The position numbers were made by a program, and so were the translations under genes. The notes under the pieces are model-generated. The model had not been told where the DNA came from. It searched no databases and worked only from the letters and a program-made list of their open reading frames with translations. This document shows, piece after piece, positions 17,340-26,473 of a stretch of DNA of 37,901 nt; positions within the stretch are counted from its first letter, which is position 1; the number at the start of each line of letters is the position of its first letter. The DNA is from an uncultured Sphingobacteriaceae bacterium (lineage in GTDB: Bacteria > Bacteroidota > Bacteroidia > Sphingobacteriales > Sphingobacteriaceae), in the NCBI GenBank assembly GCA_937875035.1, contig CALNCF010000328.1, positions 1-37,901 on the forward strand. The letters run 5' to 3'.

Positions 17340-17542
17340 TGATTGTTATTCATTTAGTATAACTCATAATTAAAGCAATGGCCCATTGAATACATCCAGC
17401 CAAAAATTGGACAATACAAAACTTTAGATAACTAATAGTTACAAGCAACAGATATACTGATAAAAGACAATGAAATCAAATTTAATTTCAAAAATTGATC
17501 ACCAACCAGTTTTTCACGACTTTTTACTAAATTAACATCTGT

Positions 17543-17583
17543 AAAAGCAAAAGCCCTCCTCATTCGAGAAGGGCTTTTGCTTT
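17543..17583 (-). terminator. Rho-independent terminator downstream of lon
   Basis: A long stem, gcaaaagccct (17547-17557) / agggcttttgc (17570-17580), is extendable by flanking A/T pairs. A T run follows on the minus strand. Confidence 0.8.
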
Positions 17584-17613
17584 ATATGATCAGATTTCCC
17601 TTAGCGGAAATGC

Positions 17614-20100
17614 TTAATTAGGCAATTGCTTCGGCTGGGCTTTCGGGAGCTCGAGGTTGAGGGCGTTCTTCACCTTTTGCTTCATCAGCGCGATGTCGAT
17701 CACTTCCTGCATCTCCGATACATAGTGGAATTTCATATCTCTGATGTAATCGGCCTTGATCTCTTCAATGTCCTTACGGTTCTTCTCGCAGAGGATCACT
17801 TCCGAAATGTTGGCGCGCTTAGCCGCCAGGATCTTTTCCTTGATCCCTCCTACCGGCAATACCTTGCCTCTCAGGGTGATCTCACCCGTCATGGCCAGCT
17901 TCGGCTTTACCCTGCGCTGCGTAAAGGCAGAGGTCAGGGCGGTGAGCATGGTGATCCCTGCCGACGGGCCATCCTTCGGAACGGCTCCGGCCGGTACGTG
18001 CACATGCACATCCCACTGGTCGAACAGCTGGTAATCGATATTGAACTTCGCGGCATTTGCCCGCAGGGATGCCAGGGCAATCACGGCAGATTCCTTCATC
18101 ACATCGCCGAGGTTACCGGTCAGGGTAAGCTTGCCCTTACCGGGACTTAAGCTGGCTTCGATAAAGAGGATGTCGCCCCCGACCGATGTCCAGGCCAGGC
18201 CGGTCACCACACCAGCCGTATCGTTGTTCTGGTAAATATCCTTGTCGTATTCAGGCGCGCCGAGGATGCGTTCCACTTCCTTGCGGGATACGTTCTTGTC
18301 GTACGCTTCTTCCAGGGCTACATGCTTGGCCACACCCCTGATGAGGGTCGCGATCTTTTTTTCCAGTCCGCGCACACCCGATTCCCGGGTATAATCCTCG
18401 ATCACCTTTTCGATGATCTCCGGCTTTATGCTGATGTCTTTAGGCTTCAGCCCGTGCGCTTCGCGTTGCTTAGGGATGAGGTAGGTCTTCGCGATCTCTA
18501 CCTTTTCTTCAATAGTATAACCGTTCACCTCGATGATCTCCATCCGGTCGCGCAGGGCGGGATGGATCGAGCTGAGGGAGTTCGCAGTAGCGATGAACAT
18601 CACATTCGACAGGTCGAAATCCAGCTCTACATAATGATCGTAAAAGGCGTTGTTCTGTTCCGGGTCGAGCACTTCGAGCAGGGCTGAAGAGGGGTCGCCA
18701 CGGAAGTCGTTGCCTACCTTGTCGATCTCGTCGAGCACGAATACAGGATTCGCCGAGTTCGCCTTTTTCAGCGACTGGATGATGCGCCCGGGCATCGCCC
18801 CGATATAGGTCTTACGGTGCCCGCGGATATCCGCTTCATCGCGGATGCCTCCCAGCGCCATGCGTACGTATTTACGCCCCACTGCCTTGGCAATAGATTT
18901 CCCCAGAGAAGTTTTACCCACTCCCGGAGGGCCTACCAGGCAAAGGATCGGGGCTTTCATGTTGTGTTTCAGCTTGAGCACGGCCAGGTATTCGAGAATA
19001 CGGCTCTTCACTTTTTCCAGTCCGAAGTGATCCTTGTCCAATACCTTTTCGGCACGTTTCAGGTCGAAGTTATCCTGTGTGAACTCATTCCATGGAAGCT
19101 CGAGCAATAGCTCTACATAATTCATCACCACCGAATACTCGGCAGCAGCCGGGTTCATGCGCTGCATCTTATCCACTTCCTTGTTGAAGGCATCGTTCAC
19201 CTCCTTGCTCCACTTCTTGCTCTTGGCCTTCTCACGCAGGTTCTGGATCTCGAGGTCAGGATTGTCTCCACCCAGCTCTTCCTGGATGGTCTTCAACTGC
19301 TGATGCAGGAAATATTCACGCTGCTGGCGGTCAATGTCGACCCGCACTTTCGACTGGATCTGGTTCTTGAGCTCCAGCATCTGCAATTCGCGGGTGAGAT
19401 GCTCAAGCACGAGCTGCGCCCGCTGCTTGAGATCGGCCACTTCGAGCATACGCTGCTTTTCCGATACATCCGCATTCATGTTCGAGCAGATGAAATTGAT
19501 CAGGAAGGACGAGCTTTCTATATTCTTTAATGCAAAGGAAGCCTCCGAAGGGATGTTCGGCGACAACTGGATGATCTGGTTGGATAATTCGCGCAGGGAA
19601 GAGATCAGGGCAGTAAACTCCTTGTCTTTTTTCACCAGCGGGATCTCCGCGAAGGGGCTGATCCTTGCCTTGAAATAGGGCTCGGACTGGATCTGCTCTT
19701 CGAGGTTAAAGCGTTTCTTACCCTGGATGATCACGGTGGTATTGCCATCAGGCATTTGCAGCATCTTGATGATATAGGCTACGGTACCCACACGGTTCAG
19801 GTCTTCGAATACGGGGTCTTCGATAGACACATCGGTCTGTGCCACCACCCCGATGATCTTGTTGCCTTTATAGGCCTCACGGATCAGCTTAATGGATTTA
19901 TCGCGGCCTACGGTGATCGGAATGACCACACCCGGAAATAAAACGGTATTCCTTAACGGAAGAATTGACAAAACTTCAGGCATTTCTTCCGAATTCATGA
20001 CTTCCTCGTCTTCGGTTGTCAGTAGGGGAAAAAACTCTGTATCGTCGTTCATAAAGCTTGAATTCAATTGATTGATGTCAAACGGATCAAAAATGCTCAT
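17614..20100 (-). CDS. lon: ATP-dependent Lon protease
   Basis: Walker [10 protein letters not shown], catalytic-Ser context [11 protein letters not shown], and a LON N-domain ([20 protein letters not shown]). I chose the ATG at 20100 (MSIFDPF) over the 16-codon longer ORF start. Confidence 0.95.
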   Translation of the reverse strand: MSIFDPFDINQLNSSFMNDDTEFFPLLTTEDEEVMNSEEMPEVLSILPLRNTVLFPGVVIPITVGRDKSIKLIREAYKGNKIIGVVAQTDVSIEDPVFEDLNRVGTVAYIIKMLQMPDGNTTVIIQGKKRFNLEEQIQSEPYFKARISPFAEIPLVKKDKEFTALISSLRELSNQIIQLSPNIPSEASFALKNIESSSFLINFICSNMNADVSEKQRMLEVADLKQRAQLVLEHLTRELQMLELKNQIQSKVRVDIDRQQREYFLHQQLKTIQEELGGDNPDLEIQNLREKAKSKKWSKEVNDAFNKEVDKMQRMNPAAAEYSVVMNYVELLLELPWNEFTQDNFDLKRAEKVLDKDHFGLEKVKSRILEYLAVLKLKHNMKAPILCLVGPPGVGKTSLGKSIAKAVGRKYVRMALGGIRDEADIRGHRKTYIGAMPGRIIQSLKKANSANPVFVLDEIDKVGNDFRGDPSSALLEVLDPEQNNAFYDHYVELDFDLSNVMFIATANSLSSIHPALRDRMEIIEVNGYTIEEKVEIAKTYLIPKQREAHGLKPKDISIKPEIIEKVIEDYTRESGVRGLEKKIATLIRGVAKHVALEEAYDKNVSRKEVERILGAPEYDKDIYQNNDTAGVVTGLAWTSVGGDILFIEASLSPGKGKLTLTGNLGDVMKESAVIALASLRANAAKFNIDYQLFDQWDVHVHVPAGAVPKDGPSAGITMLTALTSAFTQRRVKPKLAMTGEITLRGKVLPVGGIKEKILAAKRANISEVILCEKNRKDIEEIKADYIRDMKFHYVSEMQEVIDIALMKQKVKNALNLELPKAQPKQLPN

Positions 20101-20210
20101 ATCGGTCCCGGTTTCTAAAAAAGTCAAAATGTCATAAAAGCAACGCATTTAAGCGGCTTTATGGTATCAGCCATATATGTTTCAAGCGCTGTGCCAAAAG
20201 AAAAGCGGGG

Positions 20211-20699
20211 TTACCAGCGAACCTGCTGCGCGGGACTTCCGGCACGGAAAACGAGGGTCTGGCGCCGGGTATCGTCGATCACATTCACCAGGTTCACCTG
20301 GGTATCGAACTGTTCTGTGAGGCATAGCTGGGAGATCCGGGCCTGGTGCAAGCCCTCGGGAAAGGATGCCTCCAGATAGATCACGGCCATGTCTTTCTGT
20401 AATTCCACCCCGACCATATGCAGGCTCCGGGCCTTGTTTTTCGCATTGCTAAGCCTAAAATACTGCTCCAGGTATTTCAGCGATACGGCTTCGATATCCT
20501 TGTCGTCCATCCGTATCTTTTTGCCCGTAAAATTACTCAACGCACTTTCCCAGTCGTCCCAGAATACCCGCATCATAATCTCAGCCGACTTTGTCTGCAG
20601 GTTGTATTCCAGTTGGGTAATGGATGTATAGAATTTGTGCGAACGCCCGGCGGGAAGAAAGGCTAAAAAACATACGATCAGGAGCAGCAGCTTTTTCAT
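20211..20699 (-). CDS. Exported DUF6702-like protein
   Basis: Signal peptide MKKLLLLIVCFLAFL, then HKFYTSITQLEYN. I recall this family lying beside M1 peptidase and HupE genes in Bacteroidota. Confidence 0.6.
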   Translation of the reverse strand: MKKLLLLIVCFLAFLPAGRSHKFYTSITQLEYNLQTKSAEIMMRVFWDDWESALSNFTGKKIRMDDKDIEAVSLKYLEQYFRLSNAKNKARSLHMVGVELQKDMAVIYLEASFPEGLHQARISQLCLTEQFDTQVNLVNVIDDTRRQTLVFRAGSPAQQVRW

Positions 20700-20711
20700 G
20701 GATCCGTGTTT

Positions 20712-23018
20712 CTATAATTTACCCTCTTTCTTCAGCTGCATGAGGTTCGGCTCACGCTGCCGCTGATCCTTGTACAGCTGGAACTGCGAGCTTAGCGGCT
20801 TTGGCGGGAAGCTGTTGTTCTTCAGGTTGATGTCGGCTGTTTCCTGGAAGGGATCGATGGTGAACTGCTTCACTGTTTTTTCTGTGATGATGAGCTTGGA
20901 AACCTTCACATTATTCTTCCGCCAGATCTCTGCCGGTATACGCATCAGCTCTTTCTGCCCGTCGGTAAATTCCATTTCAACAATCACCGGCATGATCAGC
21001 CCGCCTACGTTCTCCAGGTCGAGGATATAATAATTCATGCCCGGCTCCAGTATCTTTTTCTCCGCAGAGGAAAGCTGCCCGTAATAGCTCTTGTACTTTT
21101 CCTTATCGTAAGCTGTTACGTCGGAAGCATCGTATTCATTATAGAAATCGTTCAGCTCCGGGTAGGTATCCACCCGGTAATTCTTAATGGAGGTTTTGTT
21201 ACGCTGTTCGGAGAGGGAAAGGGCTTCTTTGCTCTTCGCTTCCCGTTTCCGCGCCTTCTCGATCTCGGGGTTGCCCGAATCGGCGGTATAGAGCGTTACA
21301 TTGGTTAAGGCAATATCGCAGGGATCCGTCCCGTAGAACCAGCCCCTCCAGAACCAGTCGAGGTCTACGCCCGAGGCATCTTCCATCGTGCGGAAGAAGT
21401 CGGCAGGCTGCGGGTGCTTAAAAGCCCAGCGCTCCGCATATTGCTTAAAGGCATAATCGAAGAGCTCGCGCCCCATCACCGTTTCGCGCAGGATATTCAG
21501 CGCGGTCGCGGGCTTGCCATAGGCATTGTTGCCGAACTGGAGGATGGATTCGGAATTGGTCATGATGGGTTCGAGCATGGCCTTATCTCCGGCCATGTAA
21601 TTTACAATATTGCGGGGCTCTCCGCGCGTGGAAGGGTAGTTCTCTTCCCACTCCTGCTCGGTGAGGTACTGGCAGAAGGTATTCAGCCCTTCATCCATCC
21701 AGCTCCACTGGCGCTCGTCGGAGTTGATGATCATAGGGAAAAAATTATGCCCTACTTCATGAATGATCACGGTGATCAGTCCATACTTGGTGCGCTGGGA
21801 ATAGGTGCCGTCCTTTTCGGGGCGGGCGCCGTTAAAGCTGATCATCGGGTATTCCATGCCGCCCACCGGACCATTCACCGATTGTGCTACCGGGTAGGGA
21901 TAATTCACCGTATAGCGGGAATAGGTAATGAGTGTCTGGGCAATGGCATGGGTGGAATACTTGGCCCATAGCGGGTTCGCTTCCTTAGGGTAGAACGACA
22001 TGGCCATCACGTCCTGGTTTCCTACCCGCACATTCATCGCATCCCAGATATATTTACGGGAAGCAGCCCAGGCAAAATCACGTACATTTTCGGCATGGAA
22101 GATCCAGGTCCGTTTGGCAGCTGAGCGGCTGCTCTCGTTCTTCTTAGCTTCATCAGGAGTGATGATGAATACCGGCTTATCGGCTTTCTTCGCCTGGTCG
22201 AGACGGGAACGCTGTGCCGCGCTCAGCACCTCTCCGGGGTTTTGCAGCAAACCGGTAGCTGCTACCTGCATGTCCGCAGGCAGGGTGATCTTCACCTTAT
22301 AATCTCCAAATTCCAGGGCGAACTCTCCGCTGCCCAGGAACTGCTTGTTCTGCCATCCGTTCACATCATCATATACGCAAAGGCGGGGAAACCATTGCGC
22401 CATTTCGTAGATGTAATTCTTATCTTCTGCAAAATATTCGTAGCCACAACGGCCGCCATTGGTTTTGGAATTGTTGATGAGGTTATTCCAGTCGACCCGG
22501 AACACGAAAGACTGCCCGGGCTTTAAAGGCTGCGGCAGGTCGACGCGCATCATGGTGTTGTTGATGGTATATTTCAGGTCGGCGCCGGAAGCTTCTTTTA
22601 CCAGGGTGATCTGGTAGCCGCCCTGGAACCGGTTGCGCTGTAAATTATTAAAGGCATCGAAGCTGAGGTTATCGATCTTATCCCGGGTTTCCGTGAGATA
22701 GGTCATGGAGTTGGGCTTGAAGATATTCTGATCGAGCTGCAGCCAGAGGTACGTAAGTGCGTCGGGCGAATTGTTATAGTATGTGATCTGCTCACTGCCG
22801 TTCACACTTTGCTTTTCATCATTCAGCTCTATACTGATCTCGTAATCGACCTTTTGCTGCCAGTACTGGTGCCCTGGAGCGCCGGATCCGGTACGGTAGG
22901 TATTCGGGGTCGGCCAAAGCTCATCCATCTGGTGGAACTTGCTTTTGTTATAGCTCTCCTGGGCAAAGATGGTAAGGCCCGGCAGACAAATGCAGAGCAG
23001 GAAAATAATTTTTTTCAT
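20712..23018 (-). CDS. M1-family zinc metallopeptidase (aminopeptidase N-like), secreted
   Basis: HEVGHNFFPMIINSDERQWSWMDEGLNTF gives HExxH plus an E 18 residues downstream. Signal peptide MKKIIFLLCICLPGLTIFAQ. Confidence 0.9.
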   Translation of the reverse strand: MKKIIFLLCICLPGLTIFAQESYNKSKFHQMDELWPTPNTYRTGSGAPGHQYWQQKVDYEISIELNDEKQSVNGSEQITYYNNSPDALTYLWLQLDQNIFKPNSMTYLTETRDKIDNLSFDAFNNLQRNRFQGGYQITLVKEASGADLKYTINNTMMRVDLPQPLKPGQSFVFRVDWNNLINNSKTNGGRCGYEYFAEDKNYIYEMAQWFPRLCVYDDVNGWQNKQFLGSGEFALEFGDYKVKITLPADMQVAATGLLQNPGEVLSAAQRSRLDQAKKADKPVFIITPDEAKKNESSRSAAKRTWIFHAENVRDFAWAASRKYIWDAMNVRVGNQDVMAMSFYPKEANPLWAKYSTHAIAQTLITYSRYTVNYPYPVAQSVNGPVGGMEYPMISFNGARPEKDGTYSQRTKYGLITVIIHEVGHNFFPMIINSDERQWSWMDEGLNTFCQYLTEQEWEENYPSTRGEPRNIVNYMAGDKAMLEPIMTNSESILQFGNNAYGKPATALNILRETVMGRELFDYAFKQYAERWAFKHPQPADFFRTMEDASGVDLDWFWRGWFYGTDPCDIALTNVTLYTADSGNPEIEKARKREAKSKEALSLSEQRNKTSIKNYRVDTYPELNDFYNEYDASDVTAYDKEKYKSYYGQLSSAEKKILEPGMNYYILDLENVGGLIMPVIVEMEFTDGQKELMRIPAEIWRKNNVKVSKLIITEKTVKQFTIDPFQETADINLKNNSFPPKPLSSQFQLYKDQRQREPNLMQLKKEGKL

Positions 23019-23072
23019 TATAAAAATCAGGACAATACCGTTAAAGGTAAAAACTCAGTGTGATAAAAAGAA

Positions 23073-23648
23073 CTATCTGAAGATATTCCGCTCGTACAGC
23101 CAGTACAGCGCGCAGATCAGCACCGGTACAGAAAGCAGGTAGTTCACCTGCCGCGCATTTAGCCGGGTGTATTTATTCAGGATAAAGATGAGGCCGATAA
23201 CCATACTCACGATGATCACCTGTCCTGCTTCCAGCCCGATATTAAAGGGCAGCAGGGTGCTCCATACATCGAACTCCATGCCTGTGAACAATTCTTTCAG
23301 GAGGCGTGAGAAGCCCATGCCGTGGATCAGCCCGAACATCCCGGATATGATCACCCGGTAACGATCGAGGCTGCGGAAGAAGAGGTTTTCGGCAGCGGTA
23401 AAAAAGATGGAAAAGGCAATGAGGAATTCCACGAGACCCGCATCTATATTCACCATGTCGAGCGCACAAAGCGCAAGAGTCACCGAATGCGCAATGGTGA
23501 AGGAGGTAATGATCCATAGCACCCGCTTCCAGTCCTTATAGCTGTAAATGGCACAGATGGCAAGCAGGAACAGCACATGATCCAGACCCTGCGGGTCAAG
23601 GATGTGTGTAAAGCCCTGTTCAAGAAAAACTAAAAAACGTTCGGTCAT
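23073..23648 (-). CDS. HupE/UreJ-family membrane protein
   Basis: 191 aa and polytopic, with motifs GFTHILDPQGLDHVLFLL and FTIAHSVTLAL, plus GLIHGMGF. Confidence 0.8.
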   Translation of the reverse strand: MTERFLVFLEQGFTHILDPQGLDHVLFLLAICAIYSYKDWKRVLWIITSFTIAHSVTLALCALDMVNIDAGLVEFLIAFSIFFTAAENLFFRSLDRYRVIISGMFGLIHGMGFSRLLKELFTGMEFDVWSTLLPFNIGLEAGQVIIVSMVIGLIFILNKYTRLNARQVNYLLSVPVLICALYWLYERNIFR

Positions 23649-23653
23649 ACCAT

Positions 23654-23684
23654 AAAAAAGCCTGCCTCCTTCCGGAAGCAGGCT
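23654..23684 (-). terminator. Stem-loop terminator after the M4 peptidase gene
   Basis: The stem agcctgc (23659-23665) / gcaggct (23678-23684) is followed on the minus strand by TTTTTT (23654-23659). Confidence 0.6.
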
Positions 23685-23701
23685 TCATTCAGATCAGTTA
23701 A

Positions 23702-26344
23702 TTATTCTTTTACTAATTTCTGTACAGATTCCTGTCCGTCGGCCTGTACTTTCACCGCATACAATCCTTTCGGAAGCGATGATACATCGAGCGATTCTCC
23801 GTTCACCAGGTCTTTCGTTAATACTACTCTTCCCATCACATCCATCACCGAAACACGGAAAGCAGAAACCGTTGCTACTTTAAAGCTTACGGTGTGCTGC
23901 GCCGGATTCGGGAACAGGCTGAACAAGGTTTGTTTCTGTGTGTTCACTCCCACAAAGTTGTTGGTTACGTACACCACGTAATCTTCGATCTGCCCGTTCT
24001 TTACCGGAGAGCAGGGATCAGAAGGCGTATTACCCGATGCACGTGATGAAACCCCACGCATACGCAAAGGCTGGTCGAGCACGGCATCCGCAGGAGCGGT
24101 AATCGTGCCCGCGTGTGTTCCCTTTAAGCCGTCGGTGCTGAAGGCCAGCTCGTTCGAGGTAAAGAAGCCGTCGTTATTGTAATCGATCCATACGCGGGAA
24201 TACTGCGCAACGGACGTATTGGTTGTAATAGTGATCGGATAAGGCTTGGACGGGTTGATGTACGCGCGCGCGCAGGTAAAATCCTGGTAACCGTCTTCAA
24301 AGCCAGAGCCCAGCGATGACTGATCGATCGCGCCGAACTGCACACGGAGGATACCCACTACTCCCTGCGGAACTGTAGTGCTTGCCGCGCAAGATGTGCT
24401 CTTAGGCTGCTCATTATAGATATTAATGATATTAGTACGTACCAGGGTATCCGAGCCGCTTGCGTTCTTGGTGATGAGCGTTACAGTGTACATACCTGTA
24501 TTGGCATAGGCATGTGTCGGGTTCATGGCATTCGAGGTGGCGCCATCTCCGAAATCCCATGAATAGCTTCTTGCGTTGCCGCTCTGGCTCACAAAACGAA
24601 CAACCTTATTTGGCTGGCATACGAAATTATCTATATAGAAATCGCTTATCGGCAGCATTGAGTACGGACGACCCACTCCTACCGCGTGCCATGCATTCTG
24701 TACGGCTTCATTTTCAGGTGATAATTCTCCGTATAGTTCGATCGCCGATTCGATCGAGAAGAAACGCGCATCCTTATAGTTCGAGTTCGGGGTAAGGTAT
24801 TCGCTCAGGTTACGGTAAGCGATCTCAGCCGCTTTGTCGATACCGATACCAGTCACCTGGTACGATTCGCCAAGATCATTTGTTCCCGATCCGCCCACGC
24901 TCAGCAGGTAGAACCAGAAGTTCTGCACACCGCTGTTGTTATGTACGCCGCAGTAATCGTTATTCTGATCCGGCACACAGCCGTCTGTCTTTGTCCAGTT
25001 CATCCCGCCATAGGTATCCGGGTTACCGAAGGCATTCGGATCAGCCATGTCGCGCAGGCGGAAATTTCCAACCCCTACTTCCCATGAAGGGTTATTCAGC
25101 TTGCTGAATTCGATCGCGGTACCAAAGATGTCGCTGAACGATTCGTTCAGTGCCCCCGATTCGCTCCTGTAAGTAAGTCCTGCGGTGTATTGGGTTACGG
25201 CATGTGTAAACTCATGGCCCACCACATCGACAGAGGTTAAAGGCTGCCCGTTACCATCGCCGAACACGGTATAGCTTCCGTTCCAGAACGCGTTGAAATA
25301 ATTGACATCGTAGTGGAGGTACATCAGCATCTTAGATCCATTATCGTCGAAGCTGCTCCGGCTGAACTTATCCCAGTAGTAATCGAAGGTTGCCTCAGCG
25401 CCGAGATAAGCGTCGGTAGCTGCTTCATCCCGCTGTGGGTTCACATTATTCCAGATATTGTCGGTATCTGTAAAGCTGGTCGAGTTGAACTCATCCTGCC
25501 GCTTACAGTTACGCGCTTCGATCGCGATGCCCAATCCCCTGCGGTCGTTCTGGCGAAGCACATAATTCGCCGGGGCCACGCTGTCTGTGGTAATGCTGTG
25601 CGTGCCATGGTATTTCGTTACGGCAGTTCCCGGTACATCGGTCGCACAGATCTTACCGATCTTTTCGATCAGGGCGCCTGTTTGCGCATCGGTGTATACA
25701 TCCCAGCGGTCTTCTTTCGGAAGACTGGCATAAATGTCTGTTCTGTAAGCATATTTAAAAACGGTCTGGCCTTCTGCCTGAACAGGCATTACCACCAGCT
25801 GAGTGGTCGGCTCGAAAGAAAAGTCCTCATTGCCCAGGTGCTTTTTCAGCATTGCTTCACCAGCTTTGTTCTCCCATTTATATTGCTGCGCGCCTACATG
25901 CTTTTTAGCCCATGCAATAGCATCGGCCGGCGACATGGTCGCGGTATTGATCACGCGCATTTCCGAATGGATATCGCCATTCAGGGAAACGATTCTCCCG
26001 TCCTTTTCATGTACGTTGAGGATTGCCCATTCTACAGGAACCCCGTTATAGGTCTGCTGGTAACGGTGCTTGACCATGCCCAGCACATCCGGCTTATTGG
26101 TCGAAAGCAGGCTGACCGATTCATTGTCTGCCATTTTCATGTTCAGGCGTAACCAGGTAGCAAGATCCTGTACCTGAGGCTGCTGCTCTGTTCTGAATTG
26201 TACATAGGCAGGTGTATTGGTACGTTCATTATAGTATACTGTACGGGCCGCGTTCACTTTTTCGGCAGCGGCTGTTCCCCGGTATGACTGGGCAAAAACA
26301 CCAATAGGTAACCCTATGATTATCAGGGTAAATAGTTTTTTCAT
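23702..26344 (-). CDS. Secreted M4 (thermolysin-like) metallopeptidase with PKD, GEVED-like and T9SS C-terminal sorting domains
   Basis: VVGHEFTHAVTQ...GALNESFSDIFG (HExxH plus the downstream E). PKD signature WDFGDGATS...HAYANTGMYTVTL. GQIEDYVVYV. The CTD is FSLFPNPAQHTVSFKV...LPKGLYAVKVQADGQ. Signal peptide MKKLFTLIIIGLPIGVFAQ. Confidence 0.9.
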   Translation of the reverse strand: MKKLFTLIIIGLPIGVFAQSYRGTAAAEKVNAARTVYYNERTNTPAYVQFRTEQQPQVQDLATWLRLNMKMADNESVSLLSTNKPDVLGMVKHRYQQTYNGVPVEWAILNVHEKDGRIVSLNGDIHSEMRVINTATMSPADAIAWAKKHVGAQQYKWENKAGEAMLKKHLGNEDFSFEPTTQLVVMPVQAEGQTVFKYAYRTDIYASLPKEDRWDVYTDAQTGALIEKIGKICATDVPGTAVTKYHGTHSITTDSVAPANYVLRQNDRRGLGIAIEARNCKRQDEFNSTSFTDTDNIWNNVNPQRDEAATDAYLGAEATFDYYWDKFSRSSFDDNGSKMLMYLHYDVNYFNAFWNGSYTVFGDGNGQPLTSVDVVGHEFTHAVTQYTAGLTYRSESGALNESFSDIFGTAIEFSKLNNPSWEVGVGNFRLRDMADPNAFGNPDTYGGMNWTKTDGCVPDQNNDYCGVHNNSGVQNFWFYLLSVGGSGTNDLGESYQVTGIGIDKAAEIAYRNLSEYLTPNSNYKDARFFSIESAIELYGELSPENEAVQNAWHAVGVGRPYSMLPISDFYIDNFVCQPNKVVRFVSQSGNARSYSWDFGDGATSNAMNPTHAYANTGMYTVTLITKNASGSDTLVRTNIINIYNEQPKSTSCAASTTVPQGVVGILRVQFGAIDQSSLGSGFEDGYQDFTCARAYINPSKPYPITITTNTSVAQYSRVWIDYNNDGFFTSNELAFSTDGLKGTHAGTITAPADAVLDQPLRMRGVSSRASGNTPSDPCSPVKNGQIEDYVVYVTNNFVGVNTQKQTLFSLFPNPAQHTVSFKVATVSAFRVSVMDVMGRVVLTKDLVNGESLDVSSLPKGLYAVKVQADGQESVQKLVKE

Positions 26345-26422
26345 ATAGCTATTGAGAAAATAATAAAATGCAATTTAATTAAACTTTGAGATTTACAACA
26401 ATCTTCTTTGAGCCCATATAAG

Positions 26423-26449
26423 CGAAAATGGGGCCATAATGGCCCCATT
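26423..26449 (-). terminator. Stem-loop terminator after clpB
   Basis: A 9-bp stem, aatggggcc (26427-26435) / ggccccatt (26441-26449). A TTTT follows on the minus strand. Confidence 0.6.
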
Positions 26450-26473
26450 CCGTACTATAACCCTATTTATTAT

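Larger units (their letters stand above)
15302..17542. other. AT-rich genomic island 2 (two-gene insertion between yjdM and the lon terminator)
   Basis: There is a sharp drop in GC and a change in codon usage relative to the flanking yjdM and lon genes. No mobility genes are present. Confidence 0.7.

Noticed and set aside
20101-20148. A 16-codon N-terminal extension of lon (MRCFYDILTFLETGTD).
   Set aside because: The region contains promoter-like AT-rich sequence with a TTTG core. The downstream ATG at 20100 is my preferred Lon N-terminus.
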